From Anthoceros angustus (taxonomy: Eukaryota; Plantae; Anthocerotophyta), in contig VJWM01000044.1 in NCBI GenBank assembly GCA_010909165.1, forward strand, positions 1,798,001 to 1,862,000: a DNA stretch of 64,000 nucleotides, in the 5' to 3' direction. A model generated the notes under the pieces. The model was not told the DNA's origin. It was given only the letters and a program-made list of their open reading frames with translations, and searched no databases. Position 1 is the stretch's first letter; each line of letters begins with the position of its first letter. Shown here one piece after another: positions 1 through 12,499 of the stretch. The translations under genes and the position numbers were made by a program.

Positions 1-177
1 GCTTGCCATATGCTGAGCTCAAGATGGCTTGATGGACACCAAGCTTCCAAGTCCGGAAATGCGGTCCTTAAGATTATTTCTTCTTCCCCAAAAACATCTT
101 GCTATTTGAAAATAGAAGGATCCCAACCTGTACTCAGCCCGGTCCATGTTAGAACCTTCCCAAGCTCAGAAAGGTAG

Positions 178-770
178 ATGTCATTCTAGGAGTTTTGGAA
201 GCTAGCAGGAAGACATGCTACATATCTTGTGAAGCTAACAAGCTCCTAGGACTGGAAAATATCCTTTGGGATTGAGGTCTGGACGACATCATCGGAGCTT
301 GGAAAGCGAGCAGGTGTGGAGGACATCCTTGCAGCTTGGAAAGCGAGCAGGTGTGGAGAACATCCTTGCAGCTTGGAAAGCGAGCAGGTGTGGAGAACAT
401 CCTCGCAGCTTGGAAAGCTAACAGGCTAACAAGCTTCGATGACATCCTAGGAGCTTGGGGAGCTGATAGGCCTCGATTACATCCTAGGAGCTTGGGGAGT
501 TGATAGGCCTCGATGACATCCTAAGAGCTTGGGGAGCTGGCAAGTCTCCATGACATTCTAGGAGCTTCGGGAGCTGGCAGGCCCCGATGACATTCTAGGA
601 GCTTGGTTGGCCTGCCCTTGTAGGAGCTTGGGGAGCTGGCAGGCCTCAATGATATCCTAAGAGCTTGGGAAGCTAACACCTAGGGTCCGGGAAGCTAACA
701 GGCCTCCTGACATCGTAGGAGCTGGGAAGATAACAGGCTTCTATGACATCCTAGGAGCTTGGGAAGTTAC
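178..770. repeat. 37-bp degenerate minisatellite, about 16 units (consensus ~GACATCCTAGGAGCTTGGGGAGCTGGCAGGCCTCGAT)
   Basis: The ATCCTAG/ATTCTAG core recurs at 444, 481, 518, 555 and 592, and GCTTGGAAAGCGAGCAGG recurs at 297, 334 and 371. Both have a period of 37. Confidence 0.9.
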
Positions 771-775
771 CAAAG

Positions 776-3315
776 ATGATACGGCCCACGCGTTATTGTT
801 TCTCGAAGTATAGAGTGACGCTCACAATCCACAGATTGGAGGGCTTAGTTCTTTCCGGACTGCATAATCCCCAAGTATTGGTTGATGTGAAGTGGGAAGG
901 GCCTAAGGGGGCACTTGGATCCCGCTTCCGAAGCATCAAAAGTGCCACAGGTGTTGGCGCTATGAATCACTCTGGTGGGACAATAGTATGGGAGCATGAA
1001 TTTGAGCATGTCTGTGTGTTTCGCTTTGACAAGACCGGGGGCTCCTTCCTGCCTTGGAATGTTTTCTTCATTATCCACCAGGTCTGTGCATGGTTTCTTC
1101 ACATGAACAGTGATTGAGGAGAGTTTGTCAGCTTGTCCATGACCGTGCCTAATATCGGCTGCTCATGCAAGGTTTCAGGGCTTGGGATGCAAAGCAAAGC
1201 AGTCACGTTTGGGCAGAGTTATTGTCAACTTGGCCGCCTTCGCTTCAACAACTGTCAACACCTGTCAGATTCACAAACTGCCACTCCTCTGCACTTTTAA
1301 GGAGTCTGAATCCCAAGCTTGTCTTGTTGTAAGCTTTCCTGCCATTTTCCGTTTCTTTGTAGTTGTTGGTTTTTGGCCCGTTTTCTCATTATATGATCTT
1401 TCCCATGTCAGGTGAGTTTCAGGTTGGAGGAATTGGATCTCGATGACATGCCATCCTTCTCGTCATGCCTGGGATGGCCTCTAGCCTGGAGAGAAAAAGG
1501 TGAGGATAGCACTGGAAGGAGGAGACTACTGCCGGATGGTGAGAAGAGTGTTGTGCTGGATGCCCTCAGTGAGAAGGGGAGGTTATCACCTTGTAGTGGA
1601 GGTAGTTCCCATGACTCTGACCCCTACAATCCAGACACGCTGGAAGATTTGGAGAATGAGGAGCATGAACAGCCAGACGACGCGCACGCCAAGTCCTTCA
1701 GTTATAAAACACTAACAGGTGCTAATCTTGTAGTTGAAGGAGTGCTTTCTTTTCGTAGGGAAGATAAAGGGGTGGGCGAAGCTGGGACTGTGATCTCAAT
1801 CCACAGCAGGGCAGCCTCTGCAGGTTTCTCGAAAGCCTATGAGGGGTTTTTCCATACAGATTCAGAGCAAGCTATGTCCCAGATTTCCATGTCCAGTCTT
1901 TTGTCTTGGTGCAACAGAAATATATGTTTTCACATCTTGCAACAAAAACTGAGCTTAAGGTCACCGCGTCCAAGAGGGGAGCCCCTGTTGAAAAAAGCAT
2001 ATGCTGAAGAAGGTGGTGATGATATAGATTGGGATCGCCGTATGTTGGGAGTTTATTTTGAGGTTGCCATCGTGGTGAGTGTCAAAAATCTGGCTTGTTG
2101 AAACCTTGCTTGTTTGCTGCTGACTGGCTGGTGGTTCTAAAGCAGAGGTTTTCCTCTAATGTCAGCCGCTTCTTGGTGGCGGAGTATTTGCAGGAGATGC
2201 AGAGGCAGGCAAGTGATCATTCTCTGGCTGTAGAGGCTGTGGACTTCAGTGGGGAGGGACTGTTTAGCGTCGGATTTTGGGAGTGGAAACAGATTGAAAA
2301 TAGAGACAGGAACTTGAAACTTGTAACAAATGTCTTCTTTGCTTCATTTGATCAGCGAAGTGAGAGTGCAGCTGGCGAAAGTGCTTGTACAGCACTTGTG
2401 GCAGTCATTGCCCACTGGCTGCTGAAGCATCCAACTTGGATGCCCGGCAAGGCAGAGTTTGACATGCTCATTCGTGATGGATCAGCAGAATGGCAGAGGC
2501 TGTGTGAGGTGGAGACACTGAAGGAAAGGTTCCCAGACCGACACTTTGACCTTGAAACTATTTTGCAGGCAGGGGTGAGACCTCTCCGCATAGTTACAGA
2601 AAAATCATTCGTCGGGTTTTTCATACCCGAACAGTTGGGTAAGTCCCTAGAAGTTTTACAAGGGGCAATGACATTTGATGAAATCTGGGATCAAATTGAT
2701 TGCGCTGGACCAGCTGTTTACATTGTCAGCTGGAATGACCACTTTTTCATCCTAAAGATGGACGAGAATGTGTCCTATATTTTTGACACGTTGGGGGAAA
2801 GGCTGCATGAAGGATGTGATCAGGCATATATTCTGCAATTCGACGCAAGTTCATCTCTTTCCCAGTTGGTGACAAAAGCAGCACCAACGCAAGAGCCTTT
2901 ACTGATGATGGGGAAAACACCACCGAAAGCGAAAAGGAAGCTAATGAAAAATTTGATGCAACACTTCCTGAAGTTAGGGAGAGTTGTCAATAGGGCAACA
3001 CAGGCTGTGACTGATGAGTCTGTAACAGGTGCAGTGACTGCAGAAGGTTTTTGTCCAGACGAGTCTACTGGTGCCAGCAGTGCAGCATATGTGTGCTACG
3101 GGGGGAATCAAGCTTGTCGTGAGTTTGTGAAAGGATTTCTTGCTGCTCTTCCTCTGAGAGCGTTGGAGGAAGACATTATTAAAGGCAGGCAGGGTACTGT
3201 CCACCTGCACAAGCGGTTGCAGATTGAACTTCATTATGTAATGTTATCACCAGTCATGCCTTCGTCCTTGGAGGTCGTTGAATATCGTAGCTGTGTAGGC
3301 ACTTTTTTTTTCTGA
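776..3315 (+). CDS. NT-C2 (EEIG1/EHBP1-type C2) domain protein, At3g11760-like family; exons 776-1081, 1179-1328, 1412-2074, 2194-3315
   Basis: Three phase-0 GT-AG introns join the ORFs. Recognised family motifs: VDVKWEGPK, FLPWNV, GEPLLKKAYAEEGGDDIDWDRR, FFASFDQRSESAAGESACTALVAVIAHW, YIVSWNDHFF, DTLGERLHEGCDQAY. Confidence 0.88.
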
Positions 3316-3628
3316 TAAAATTAATTAAATGTCTAAATTCCATCTAATTTAGAGGACCCTGGAGGACCTTGTAACCGTATCCCATGCCTTTTTTTGTGTT
3401 TATATTCCATGTAATTTAGAGGACCCCAAAAGGACCTTTTTATTTTTATAAAATTAATTGAATATTATATTTTGATGAAATTGATTGGGTAGTCACACTC
3501 CATGTCGTTAGAGGAACTGAAGGATCTTATAACATCAGTCCTTTTTCCTAATTACATTTCATGTATTTTAGAGGACCCTAAAAGACTTTGGGTACATCGG
3601 AGTTGTGTATACTATCCAATATTTTACA

Positions 3629-3640
3629 TGGTATCAGAGC
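3629..3640 (+). mobile_element. Orphan tRNA-iMet primer-binding site immediately after a putative LTR end (...TTTTACA)
   Basis: Exact TGGTATCAGAGC directly after CA. The upstream AT-rich segment carries four TTAGAGGA(CCC) repeats. Confidence 0.6.
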
Positions 3641-3667
3641 ACACCAAGTTTTGCTTCTGATCCTGTG

Positions 3668-6660
3668 CTATCTGCTGATGTCGATCTTGCCAGATATGTC
3701 CGCATGGACTAATTCTAGGACTTGTGAGGCACGGTGAGCAACAATGGGAAAAGAAATTTCCTTCTGTTTGGCTATGACACAGGCATCACACAATGGAAGG
3801 TCCTTGAAGCATTTAGGCAGGGGCTCCCTATAGCATGTGAGGTTAGACATCTTTATCAGCTTGTCACGATTAGCATGACCTAATCTAGCATGCCAAAGAT
3901 TGGCCTCAGCAACTGGAGACATTTGGGCAACATGTGCTACATCTGCAGGTAGGCAAGTTAAGTTTAGTTGATGCAAATCATGAACGAGGATGCCATTAGC
4001 TACGACCTGTTTGTCTCCTCCTTGCTGAGTAAGCTCACAGCTAGACGAAGTGAAAAGTAGGTCGTATTGATGAAGAGACATCAATTGGCTGACAGATATC
4101 AAATTCTTTGCCATGTGTGGGACATGCAACACGTTATTCAAGTGAAGGATGAAGCCATCATGGAGACGAAACCTGCAGGTACCGTACCCCTTGATGCGTA
4201 ATCCTGTACGTGTGACCTCATCACCCAATAACACCTTGTTAGTAGTGGTAGATGCCCTATAATGGCTAAGCAGGGACTGATCATTGCAGATGTTAGATGT
4301 GGCACCGGAACCTAGGTACCAAGTGTGTGGGGAAGGAATGGAAGAAGATGCAAAGCAGACTGTCATTACTACAGGTTGCTTGTCAGAGGTCGACAAGGAA
4401 GGTCGATCCTTTGTGGCAGCCACATGAGCTTCAGCCTGTCTGGAGGGCTTCTCAGCTTTGCGTGGCTCGCCAGCTTTCTTCTTTCTGCATTCCCTTTCCC
4501 AATGGCCCTGGACAATTGTCGGAAACGAAGGACGAAGGGTGAAACCTTTTCTCCTTCCTTAAGCTGCAAAGAGAAGAGCTCGCCTCGGACAGCACACATG
4601 GTAAGGATGTTCTTAGCTTCATATGTTTGCAACAGTTGGGTCCAAATTTCTTCGGCCTTTGGAAGGAAAGCCACATCTGGCAGAAGGATCTCGTCCAGCC
4701 CTCTAATTAGCACGGCACGAGCAACATTATTCAGGTTCTCCCACTTGTCCTTTTCCTCTGTGTGGCGCCTGCTGCTGGCTCAGTGATTGTTCCACTAACA
4801 ACTTCCCAAACATGTCGAGCTTGTGGCATGCGCACGCTACCGCCTTCAACTGCGCCATTAAAGCGGCCCCGCTCCTTAAATCCGGAGTAAGAAGTGAAGG
4901 ATTACAATTGGTTGAGGGATTACGGGCACAGGCGGAAGTGAAGGGGAAGGTCCACCTCCTCCACTCCTCCTTCTCCTACACCTCCTCCTCCTCCTCTTGA
5001 CATTCCGACTTTCTGTGAGGGCGAGTAGGAGGTACCGGTTGATCAATTCGGTACACACGCTTCTCGTCACTCAGAAGGTCAAAATGAGCATGAGGAAGGA
5101 CACGCCAGCTCGGATTCAGGAAGTATCGGCAGGATGAGGACGAAAAAGTAGATGTGGTGCTACAGATGTCGCCGCCAGACATCCTGCCTGTCGGTTGGGA
5201 AGCCAGCCACGGGGTGGGCGCCTTTGCGGTGGACGCCTGCTGGTCGGGCGCCTGCTCAAAAGGCACACTAGTTGGTGGATGTGGCCTACTATAGCGGAGA
5301 TGGTGGCCCGTGGGATCTGGGCTTCGCAAGACAATTGCTCGGAAACGAAGGATCTAAGGTGAAACCTTTTCTCCTTCCTTAAGCTGCAAAGAGAAGAGCT
5401 CGCCTCGGACAGCACACATGGTAAGGATGTTCTTAGCTTCATATGTTTGCAACAGTTGGGTCCAAATTTCTTCGGCCTTTGGAAGGAAAGCCACATCTGG
5501 CAGAAGGATCTCGTCCAGCCCTCTAATTAGCACGGCACGAGCAACATTATTCAGGTTCTCCCACTTGTCCTTTTCCTCTTGTGTGGCAGTTGCTGCTGGC
5601 TCTGTGATTGTTCCACTAACAACTTCCCAAACATGTCGAGCTTGCAGGGCAGCTGTCATGCGTACGCGCCGGCCTTCGAACTTCGTGCCATTAAAGCGGT
5701 CTCGCTCCTTAAATCCGACAGAGTAAGAAGTGAAGGATTACAATTGGTTGAGGGATTACGGGCACAGGCGGAAGTGAAGGGGAAGGTCCACCTCCTCCAC
5801 TCCTCCTTCTCCTACACCTCCTCCTCCTCCTCTTGACATTCCGACTTTCTGTGAGGGCGAGTAGGAGGTACCGGTTGATCAATTCGGTACACACGCTTCT
5901 CGTCACTCAGAAGGTCAAAATGAGCATGAGGAAGGACCACTGGATTCGTGAAGTATCGGCAGGATGAGGACGAAAAAGTAGATGTGGTGCTACAGATGTC
6001 AGCAGACATCCTGGCCGGTGTCGGTTGGGAAGCCAAAGCTAATGCTGGGGTGGGCGCCTTTTGTGCAGGGACGCGTCTGTTGCTGGGCGCCTGTTCTGAA
6101 AAGGCACACTAGTTGGTGGACAGGGTCGCGGCCTACTATAGCGGAGATGGTGGCCCGTGGGATCTGGGCTTCGCGCACAGACGCCAGGGTCTGCAGCAGC
6201 GCTGCAGCAGAGGATTACGCGCCAAAAATTGATGTTGTCTGCCGTTGTTGGGTAGCCGCCAATTCTGTGAGTTTGTGCAATTCCAGCGTATTTGATTCCA
6301 GCTTTCTTAAGAACAGATCCAGCGCATCCACAACCTCAATGTGCCGCGCAGCAGTAACCTCGAATTGTCGAGAGAAAACAGTTAGTAAAGCTGTTTCATT
6401 GTGACTCAATCTGTCGTTGGGCACTCGGTAAGCACCAACGATTTCAGGTGAGTCTGTTTCGCGAGATTTGAAAGTGTCCCGCAACTCCTCTTCAGAATGT
6501 CTTTCAACATGCACACGATTAGGGGTGCGACTGAAAGAGAAGGTATATGGGATGTCGTCCAGTCCTATTCCATAGTCTCTGGATTTTCTGGAATTTCCCT
6601 GACGCCTTGTGTTCTGATGATTGCAGGGTGCTGGAGGTGAATAGAAGTTCTTATTTATTT
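3668..6660 (-). mobile_element. Truncated Ty1/copia element: gag (tandemly duplicated), protease, GAG-pre-integrase and integrase start
   Basis: Gag N-terminus MTAALQARHVWEVVSG...AEEIWTQLLQTY; protease WYLGSGATSNIC (catalytic D replaced by G); LWHARLGH...CDACVIAKQ; LELVHADISG. Segment ~4510-5330 is repeated at ~5330-6175. Confidence 0.85.
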
Positions 6661-7390
6661 TTTGCTAGTTTATGAAGTCCTATTACTAATGTAGTCATGC
6701 AGGTGGTGAAGGTATCCAGGACACATAATCCAGGAACCATCATAATGATGGTTACTGGGTTCTGTGCCCAGTGAGACTGCGGCTATACCGGGAGTTAGGA
6801 ACAAGTAGGGTTTCGCTTTTTTTAGGATTGAAGGATAAATAAGGCGAAAGGAGGAATAAATTGGGTAGCGCCGGACGAGGCTCGGAGTATACTCCGACTG
6901 AGTGAACAACGGACCCCACCACTATGGCAAGCTCGGACTACGCCGAGTAACGGATAAGTCCGAACCCACCTGTGTCAAAATAGGATAAGTACGCCAGGAA
7001 AGTAACCTAGGAGGAGGCGTGAGGATGACGAGGCGGCGCCACGGACGGCCCCGAGTGGAGGTCGGCATGCAGGTCAGACCGAACTGAGGCCGCAGGCAGT
7101 ATTCACGCCCGGTCGCGCGCGAAGGCCGCAGTAAGCGCGTAGGGTCGAGTAAGCCATGCACTCGCGCTACGGACAACGAAGAGGCGCCTTCCCGCCAGCA
7201 TTTCCACAAGCGCCAAGGAGGGAGGTCCGGCCGCAGCCCGCATCCACAGCCTTGCGCCCGCAATCCGGCTCTCTGGCGCTATCTTTTGGGCGCCACTAGA
7301 GCGTGGCGCGCCGTCAAGGTTGGAGCAACAACGCGCGAAGGAGGAACATCGTACGGACCCAGCACCAAAGAACAAGAGGAGGAGAAAGCA

Positions 7391-10300
7391 ATGGCACCCA
7401 AAAGCCGACGGAAGTCTGGGAGCCATGGACCGTGGAGCGCAACATTGTGACCCGCGCTATCCGGACTTCGGGCCCCGGCCGGAGGAAGTGGGAATTGGTG
7501 CAGAGTGGCATCCGGACGTGTTCCAAATGGTCTCGACCTTTGACAACGCTACTCTAGTCCGGAGTTTGCCCGAAGATGCCGGCGATCAACAAGGAGGTCC
7601 GATCCAAGAACCTCCGGAGGACCCGAGGCGATGGACCTTGAGGTCCCGAGGATGGCCTACAACCGCCAAGGAGGAAGAAGGGCGGTGCCGAGCCCCTTAA
7701 GGCGAAGGGAAGATAGGGCCGCCCACGGCGTCGAGGCTCGAACGCAGCGGACAACCAACGGATGGTTGATATCCGATCGGATACCGAGTAAGGGCGGTAG
7801 CCCGGATCATTGTCCATTGAACTCGCCACCAAGGTGGATCACCTTGGTGATAACCGCTGGTATTCTCGCATGCGCCCAATGGGAAGAGAGCGACTGGGAA
7901 GGATTATCTTCGCCTTCGGGCCAGAGGCACGCAAGCTAAGGAGCGAGAAGCCTCGCCATCGGCCGACCCCATACCGATTCATGTATGGGGACATTTCGAG
8001 CTCAAGGAGGGAGAGCTTGAGGGCGCCTAAGGGCCGGAGGCCCCGCTGGCAGAGCGTGCAAGGGCGCCTGAGGTGGGGGTCGCCCTTCAAGACCAAGCGG
8101 ACTCGGAGGAGGACGATCGAGGATTCCTGACTCCATACGTCGAGCGAACCCCTCACCACCTGTGGAAGTTTGGGAGGCGATTCCCCTTCCTCCTTTTGGT
8201 GCCCTCCGAGCCCCTTAAGGCGAAGGAGCCAAGAGGCGTAAGGAGGCGATGCCACCACAGAACAATGCCAACAACCACGACGCCGAGCCCCGACGAACTC
8301 GGGAGCCAAGAGGCGGAAGACGGTGCCGCTTACCAACGCAAAGACCTCGTAGGTGACTTACCCCCGCCCACGGAGTGGCAAGAGGTCAAGAGGCGGTAAG
8401 GAGGGTAAAGGGACGTGGCCCAAGGAGCAGGAGGTCACCGCAGCCCCACCTCGAGCCGGCCCTGCCCCGACAGAAGGGGCAAAAGAGCTTGCTCCCGACC
8501 CCTCACCTCCGAGCCCTGTGAGAAAGAGGGCACAAAGGAGTTAGAGGCCAAGAGGGCCAAGAGGGTGAGACTCGGACCTCACCACTGTGACCCGAGGGTC
8601 CCGATTAGGTCCGAGAACCCCCGACTTACCGATCATATGGAGGTCCTTGGCGGACCGAGAAATGCCGGCCCCACTACGGACTTTGTGGGGGCCTCACCGT
8701 GGCCGTGGAAGAAACACGGCGAAGTCCTGCCACCGCCATGGACGGAATGCTTTGGGGTCTCTGGTAAGAGAAGACCCGAAGTGGAGGCCACCCGAGGAGG
8801 ATGGTGGAACCCAAGAGCAAGTGAAGGCGGAGGGGCAAAGGAAAGGCGGAGTCCTCGCCGATCGAGGAAGGGAAACGCCGGGTGGCGGAGCGCGAGGCCC
8901 GGCGGCCAGATCGGGTTAAGGTTCTTCACCAGGCAACAAGCAAGCTCGGAGGCCCAAGCGCTGGGCGGAGGACCTTGCAGCGAAGAGGGAAGCGCAGCAG
9001 GAGGCGGAAGAGGCCCGGGCACAAGCAGAGAGCTCGGGACTGGCGGAGGCGGCCCGGCCAGAGAGCCGGGCGAGGCCTGTAAAGGCGGCGAAGGAGCCTA
9101 AGTCCGCAAGAAAGAGCGACCGGATCACTACATGCACGTGATCGAACCGTGGAGAGAGTCACAGTACCGAGGCTAACTCAAGGCCGACAAAGGCGGCGAA
9201 GGAGGAGGAAGACTCGGGAGGAGGGCGGGGATTCGGACTCCATCGTCTGGGCGAACCCCTCACCACCCGGGGAAGTTTGGGAGGCGATTCCCCTTCCCTC
9301 CTTTTGGTGCCCCTCGGGCGGGCGGCAGGAGGCGATCTGAGGCGTTGGCGGCTCGGCAGCGACGACCAACAACCACGGCTGCGGGCCAAACTCAGTGAGG
9401 CGAGGCGGAAGGCGGTGCCTGTGACACCTCGGAAGGTGCGTACCCACCTTGCAGTGTATGAGAGGAGAGGCGGTAAGGAGGCGAGGGGCGTGGAGGCGGA
9501 GGTCAGCAGCGGCCCACCAGGCAGTCTGTCCCCGGAAGGGGCAAAAGAGCTTGCTCCGGACCCCTCACCTCCTCCGAGCCCTGGAGAAAGAGGGCACAAA
9601 GGAGTTAGAGGCCAAGAGGGCCAAGAGGGTGAGACTCGGACCTCACCACTGTGACCGAGGGTCCCGATTAGGTCCGAGAACCCCCGACTTACTCCGGATC
9701 ATGGATGGAGGTCCTTGGCGGACCGAGAAATGCCGGCCCCACTACGGACTTTGTGGGGGCCTCACACGGCCGTGGAAGAAACACGGCGAAGTCCTGCCAC
9801 CGCCATGGACGGAATGCTTTGGGGTCTCTGGTAAGAGAAGACCCGAAGTGGAGGCCACCCGAGGAGGATGGTGGAACCCAAGAGCAAGTGAAGGCGGAGG
9901 GGCAAAGGAAAGGCGGAGTCCTCGCCGATCGAGGAAGGGAAACGCCGGGTGGCGGAGCGCGAGGCCCGGCGGCCAGATCGGGTTAAGGTTCTTCACCAGG
10001 CAACAAGCAAGCTCAGAGGCCCAAGCGGCGGAGGACCTTGCAGCGAAGAGGGAAGCGCAGCAGAGGCGGAAGAGGCCCGGGCACAAGCAGAGAGCTCGGG
10101 ACTGGCGGAGGCGGCCCGGCCAGAGAGCCGGGCGAGGCCTGTAAAGGCGGCGAAGGAGCTAAGCCGAAAGAGCGACCGGATCACTACAGACGTGATCGAA
10201 CCGTGGAGAGAGTCAGCAGAGGCTAACTCAAGGCCGACAAAGGCGGCGAAGGAGGAGGAAGACTCGGGAGATAGGGGATCTCCGAGTACAACCGCAGGAG

Positions 10301-10970
10301 GTAGAAGGAGGCGGCAGCAGATGGAGGATGAAGGACACGCTGAGCTACAACCCAAGATGCGCTTGAGCAGCAGTGATTCTCAACGAGAGAATCCACGACT
10401 CGAGCACGAAAAGAAAGCCCGGCCCGCTCAAGACGGAGGAAAATCGCGACTATCCAAGGAGTTGGACGCTGTGCTGTATGAGCCGGAGGAAGTCCGAGCC
10501 TGGACGGAGGTATCTCACCGTGAGAGGGAGTCATGAGCTAAAGGCCGTAATGAACGGAGGAGCGAGCACCGGAAGCGTAAAAGAAGCCGCCGTCCACCGA
10601 GAAAGGCGGAAGGGAACGCCGCGCTATGGCGGTAAGTCAATGGAAAGGAAACGACGGAGCCGGAGCAAGTGAGCAACAGCAGGCAGGAGGTGACCGAGGC
10701 CGCCTTGTAGCCTCGCGTGATACGCCTGCCCACCACAACCGGGCAGAGAGGTGGCCCAACAAGCCGAAAGACGAAATTTAACACTTATGGCGGAGGGAGT
10801 ATCGGTGCCCGCACACGTGGAAGAGGCACCAACAAGTCGATCGACTTTGCCTATTACCACGCCGAGCCCCGGCGAGAAGCCTCGACTCCGCAGAACTGGA
10901 CTCGGAAGGCTCAAGGAGATGAAGGCCACGGGACAAAGACAGGACCCTAGTGGCCCCTGCTTGAGATGAC
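7391..10970 (+). pseudogene. Frameshifted protein-coding region inside the 5' LTR (starts MAPK; unknown function)
   Basis: Fragments WEPWTVERNIVTR, WHPDVFQMVSTFDNATLV, NGWLISD, TKVDHLGDN and EARKLR align with the diverged copy at 39850-40526 (-) and with the 3' LTR copy starting at 18463. Confidence 0.7.
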
Positions 10971-11131
10971 GGAGCGCGAGAGGAGCAACCGAGGAGGAAC
11001 GAGGAGCGGATGCGATCGAGGTAAGCACCCCGCACCTCACCATGGAAGGAGGGCCAACGGAGTCACGGCGATCGGGAACATGAGGACTTGAGGAGAGCCA
11101 CGGAGGAGTCCCGTGAGGGAGGAAACCCGGT

Positions 11132-11310
11132 GGAGTCCGACTTTGTCCGGACCCGAGGGAGGCCGGACCAAGTCCGACTCAAGTCCGACCAAGTCCGGAC
11201 TAATAAGTCCGGACCAAGTCCGACCAGAATAAGTCCGACCAAGTCCGACCAAGTCCGGACCCGAGGTCCGGACCAAGTCCGGACCAAGTCCGACCAAGTC
11301 CGACTCAAGT
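11132..11310. repeat. Short tandem array of 10-11-bp AAGTCCG(G)ACC units within the LTR
   Basis: Repeated AAGTCCGACC/AAGTCCGGACC, with counterparts at ~21105-21270 and ~23940-24030. Confidence 0.85.
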
Positions 11311-12270
11311 TCGTGAGTCGAGACAGACCTCGAGGACCGCCGGGCAAGAAGGAGGAGCCCCTTCGACTTACGCTTAGGGGAGCCGATAGGGGTGGCCCCA
11401 CCGCGGGACCTGTGGAGGCTGGGGAGGATGACGCCGTGGTAACGGCTTGTGACCGCCGCCAGAGCCCAACCCGGCTGTGATTCCGGGAGAGGAGGGGCCC
11501 GCCTCACGGATCATCCGATTGGGTGCACCACAACCGCTGACGGGGATTGACCACCCATTCCGAGGGGCCAGGACCTTCCCACCTACCGGGCGAAGGAGAT
11601 AGGGGGATAGGGGTAGGCGGCCGATTAGGGTATACCGAAATATCACCGTAATGTAATAAAGACGCCACCTTGGGCGCAGATAAGAGGGCCGAGGTCGCCT
11701 AGTAAAGCATCTTTCTCTTGGTGTTGATGCCGCTCTGCGCACCTTTGTGAGTCTTCTTGCTAACGTGAGTCCCGAGTCACCGAAAGGTGCACGACCGGGA
11801 GATTGATCAAGGTCCCGTGACGGACTTAACGCGTTGTGGTGTGTGCGGAAGGGTGATTGATCGTCGTTCGAGCCGCGTCCGAACGGGACTGAACGTGAGC
11901 CGGAGGAACTCGGGAGGGTGTGTAGAGCCCGGACGGAGAGGCCCATGAACGACGAGGAGGTCCGGATCACAGAACCGCGTTTTTTCTAAGATCAAGAGTG
12001 TAGCGTGAGGGAGAGAGGAAAGGACGGATGCGTGAGGATGTATGTGAACGATACGGACGCGAACGGGTCTCAAACGCTTGGCCATACCGGCCTGACGGTG
12101 AACGTTGTGAGTAGTTAGGAGTATGTGTGTGTTGAGACCGAACGAGCGCTAAGGACGCAGAAGAATCACCAAACGCGTAAACGGGCCTATCATTCCCTTG
12201 GGAACGGACTTCTTCCTACAACGACACGGATTGTGCGCCCTACCGCCATCAAGAAAAGTCCGCCACATTT

Positions 12271-12285
12271 TGGCGCTGTCGGGAA
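12271..12285 (+). mobile_element. Primer-binding site, tRNA-Asp-like (degenerate)
   Basis: TGGCGCTGTCGGGAA, 3 nt after the LTR end, resembles the Athila-type TGGCGCCGTTGCCGGGGA. Confidence 0.6.
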
Positions 12286-12499
12286 TGAAATCGGTCCGTG
12301 GTGCCGCAGCGCCTTAGGAAGAGAAGGTAAGTGAATGCGTGGCGGTCGAGCGGCGGTCAAGAGTGAACCGTCGGGAGGATCGGACGTGGTCACCTCGCGT
12401 GCTCTCCGAGCCGTGAGAGAGAGACGTCAAACCCAACGAGAGAGCACCGTCGATCAGAGGAGGGAGAACGTGGTCGAATTGTCGGACCAAGACGAGTAC

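Larger units (their letters stand above)
6778..12267 (+). repeat. 5' LTR (~5.5 kb, including a ~1.1-kb internal tandem duplication)
   Basis: Starts TG, ends GTCCGCCACA; colinear with 17847-22224; 8100-9210 is repeated at 9211-10260. Confidence 0.9.

Noticed and set aside
178-770. CRISPR-like periodicity (37 bp)
   Set aside because: Contiguous degenerate units with no unique spacers, no cas genes and a eukaryotic context.
2895-2995. Alternative frame gives an acidic linker, suggesting compensating frameshifts
   Set aside because: The main frame is open and the linker is variable; cannot be supported without homologue alignment.
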